Source: Dicyema japonicum (Eukaryota > Animalia > Dicyemida). Taken from it: a DNA stretch of 64,000 nucleotides. Shown in pieces: positions 63,382 to 64,000 of the stretch (the stretch's first letter is position 1; each line of letters starts with the position of its first letter). The DNA lies in assembly GCA_011109175.1 (NCBI GenBank), contig RDEW01000056.1:62001-126000 (forward strand), given 5' to 3'. The notes under the pieces are model-generated. The model had not been told where the DNA came from. It saw only the letters and a program-made list of their open reading frames with translations, and did no database searches. The translations under genes were made by a program, and so were the position numbers.

Positions 63382-64000
63382 ATGCCGTTTCTCGTTAACC
63401 AAAAGGGAAATAGAAGTTTAGAACATGATGGAATTTTATATCATTTGAATATGACACAATGCTTCAAATAATTAAACGTCTCATTCCGGATTTAGAACCA
63501 AGAGTTATTGTCTCAGATTTTGAAAAAGGAGCAATAAACTCTTTTCAAAAATCATTTCCAAACGCACGGATAAATTGCTGCATGTTCCATCTAGGACAAA
63601 ATATTAATAAAAAAAATATTGGAACTAGGAATTTTCAACGACATAAATAATGAAGATATAAATAGGTTAAATGTGATTTAAAATTAACGATAGATTTGTA
63701 AAACTGTTGAAATGCCTCTCCTTTATTCCTACACATTCTGTAAAGAACACTTTTGATTGTATAGTGTCGAGATCAGATTTTCCTGAAATTCTAAATCCAT
63801 TATATCAATATTTTTCAATCAATTATATTGGAAATCAAGAAAATGCATTTATTCCAAGATTTCCAATTAATTATTGGAATAATCGGGTTAATTTATATGA
63901 GGACTTACATCGGACAAATAGCTCAATTGAATGCTGGCACAACGTTTTTAGAAGTACATTTGGGACACTAAACAAGTCGCCAAGAAATTTTGTAAAGAAA
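63382..64000 (+). mobile_element. Internally deleted MULE (Mutator-like) transposase with a 28-nt intron at 63666-63693; runs off the window
   Basis: FLYWCH-like start (FLVNQKGNRSL...ILY); VSDFEKGAINSF..FP...CMFHLGQN; after splicing RFVKLLKCLSFIP, RFPINYWN and RTNSSIECWHN. Confidence 0.85.

Overview
AT-rich eukaryotic (probably animal) genomic DNA in the standard genetic code, mostly made of decayed and nested transposable elements. These include non-LTR retrotransposons of RTE, I/Jockey-like, CRE-like and R4/Dong-like types, hAT, Tc1, pogo/Tigger and MULE DNA transposons, and SINE-like elements. Five host genes are embedded among them. Only the intronless PIN1 appears as one complete ORF in the supplied track; the other four are split by very small (21-25 nt) GT-AG introns and were rebuilt by hand. 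(1) 13127-17574: a secreted protein with six tandem Cys modules, a Thr/Pro mucin stalk and a (YPTTQRY)n Tyr-rich tail, with 10 mini-introns, one ending in TG. (2) ~35610-36487: an HtrL/YibB-like membrane protein. (3) 40072-41248: a LAMP-like lysosomal glycoprotein with 5 mini-introns. (4) 53551-54016: a tentative orphan membrane protein. A hAT and a MULE transposase also carry 25-28 nt introns. Two divergent, full-length RTE elements with 10-bp TSDs share a 21-nt 5' motif. Several frameshifts fall in A-homopolymers, so some lesions may be assembly errors. No rRNA, bona fide tRNA or CRISPR was found. All family assignments come from motif recognition by eye; no database search was run.
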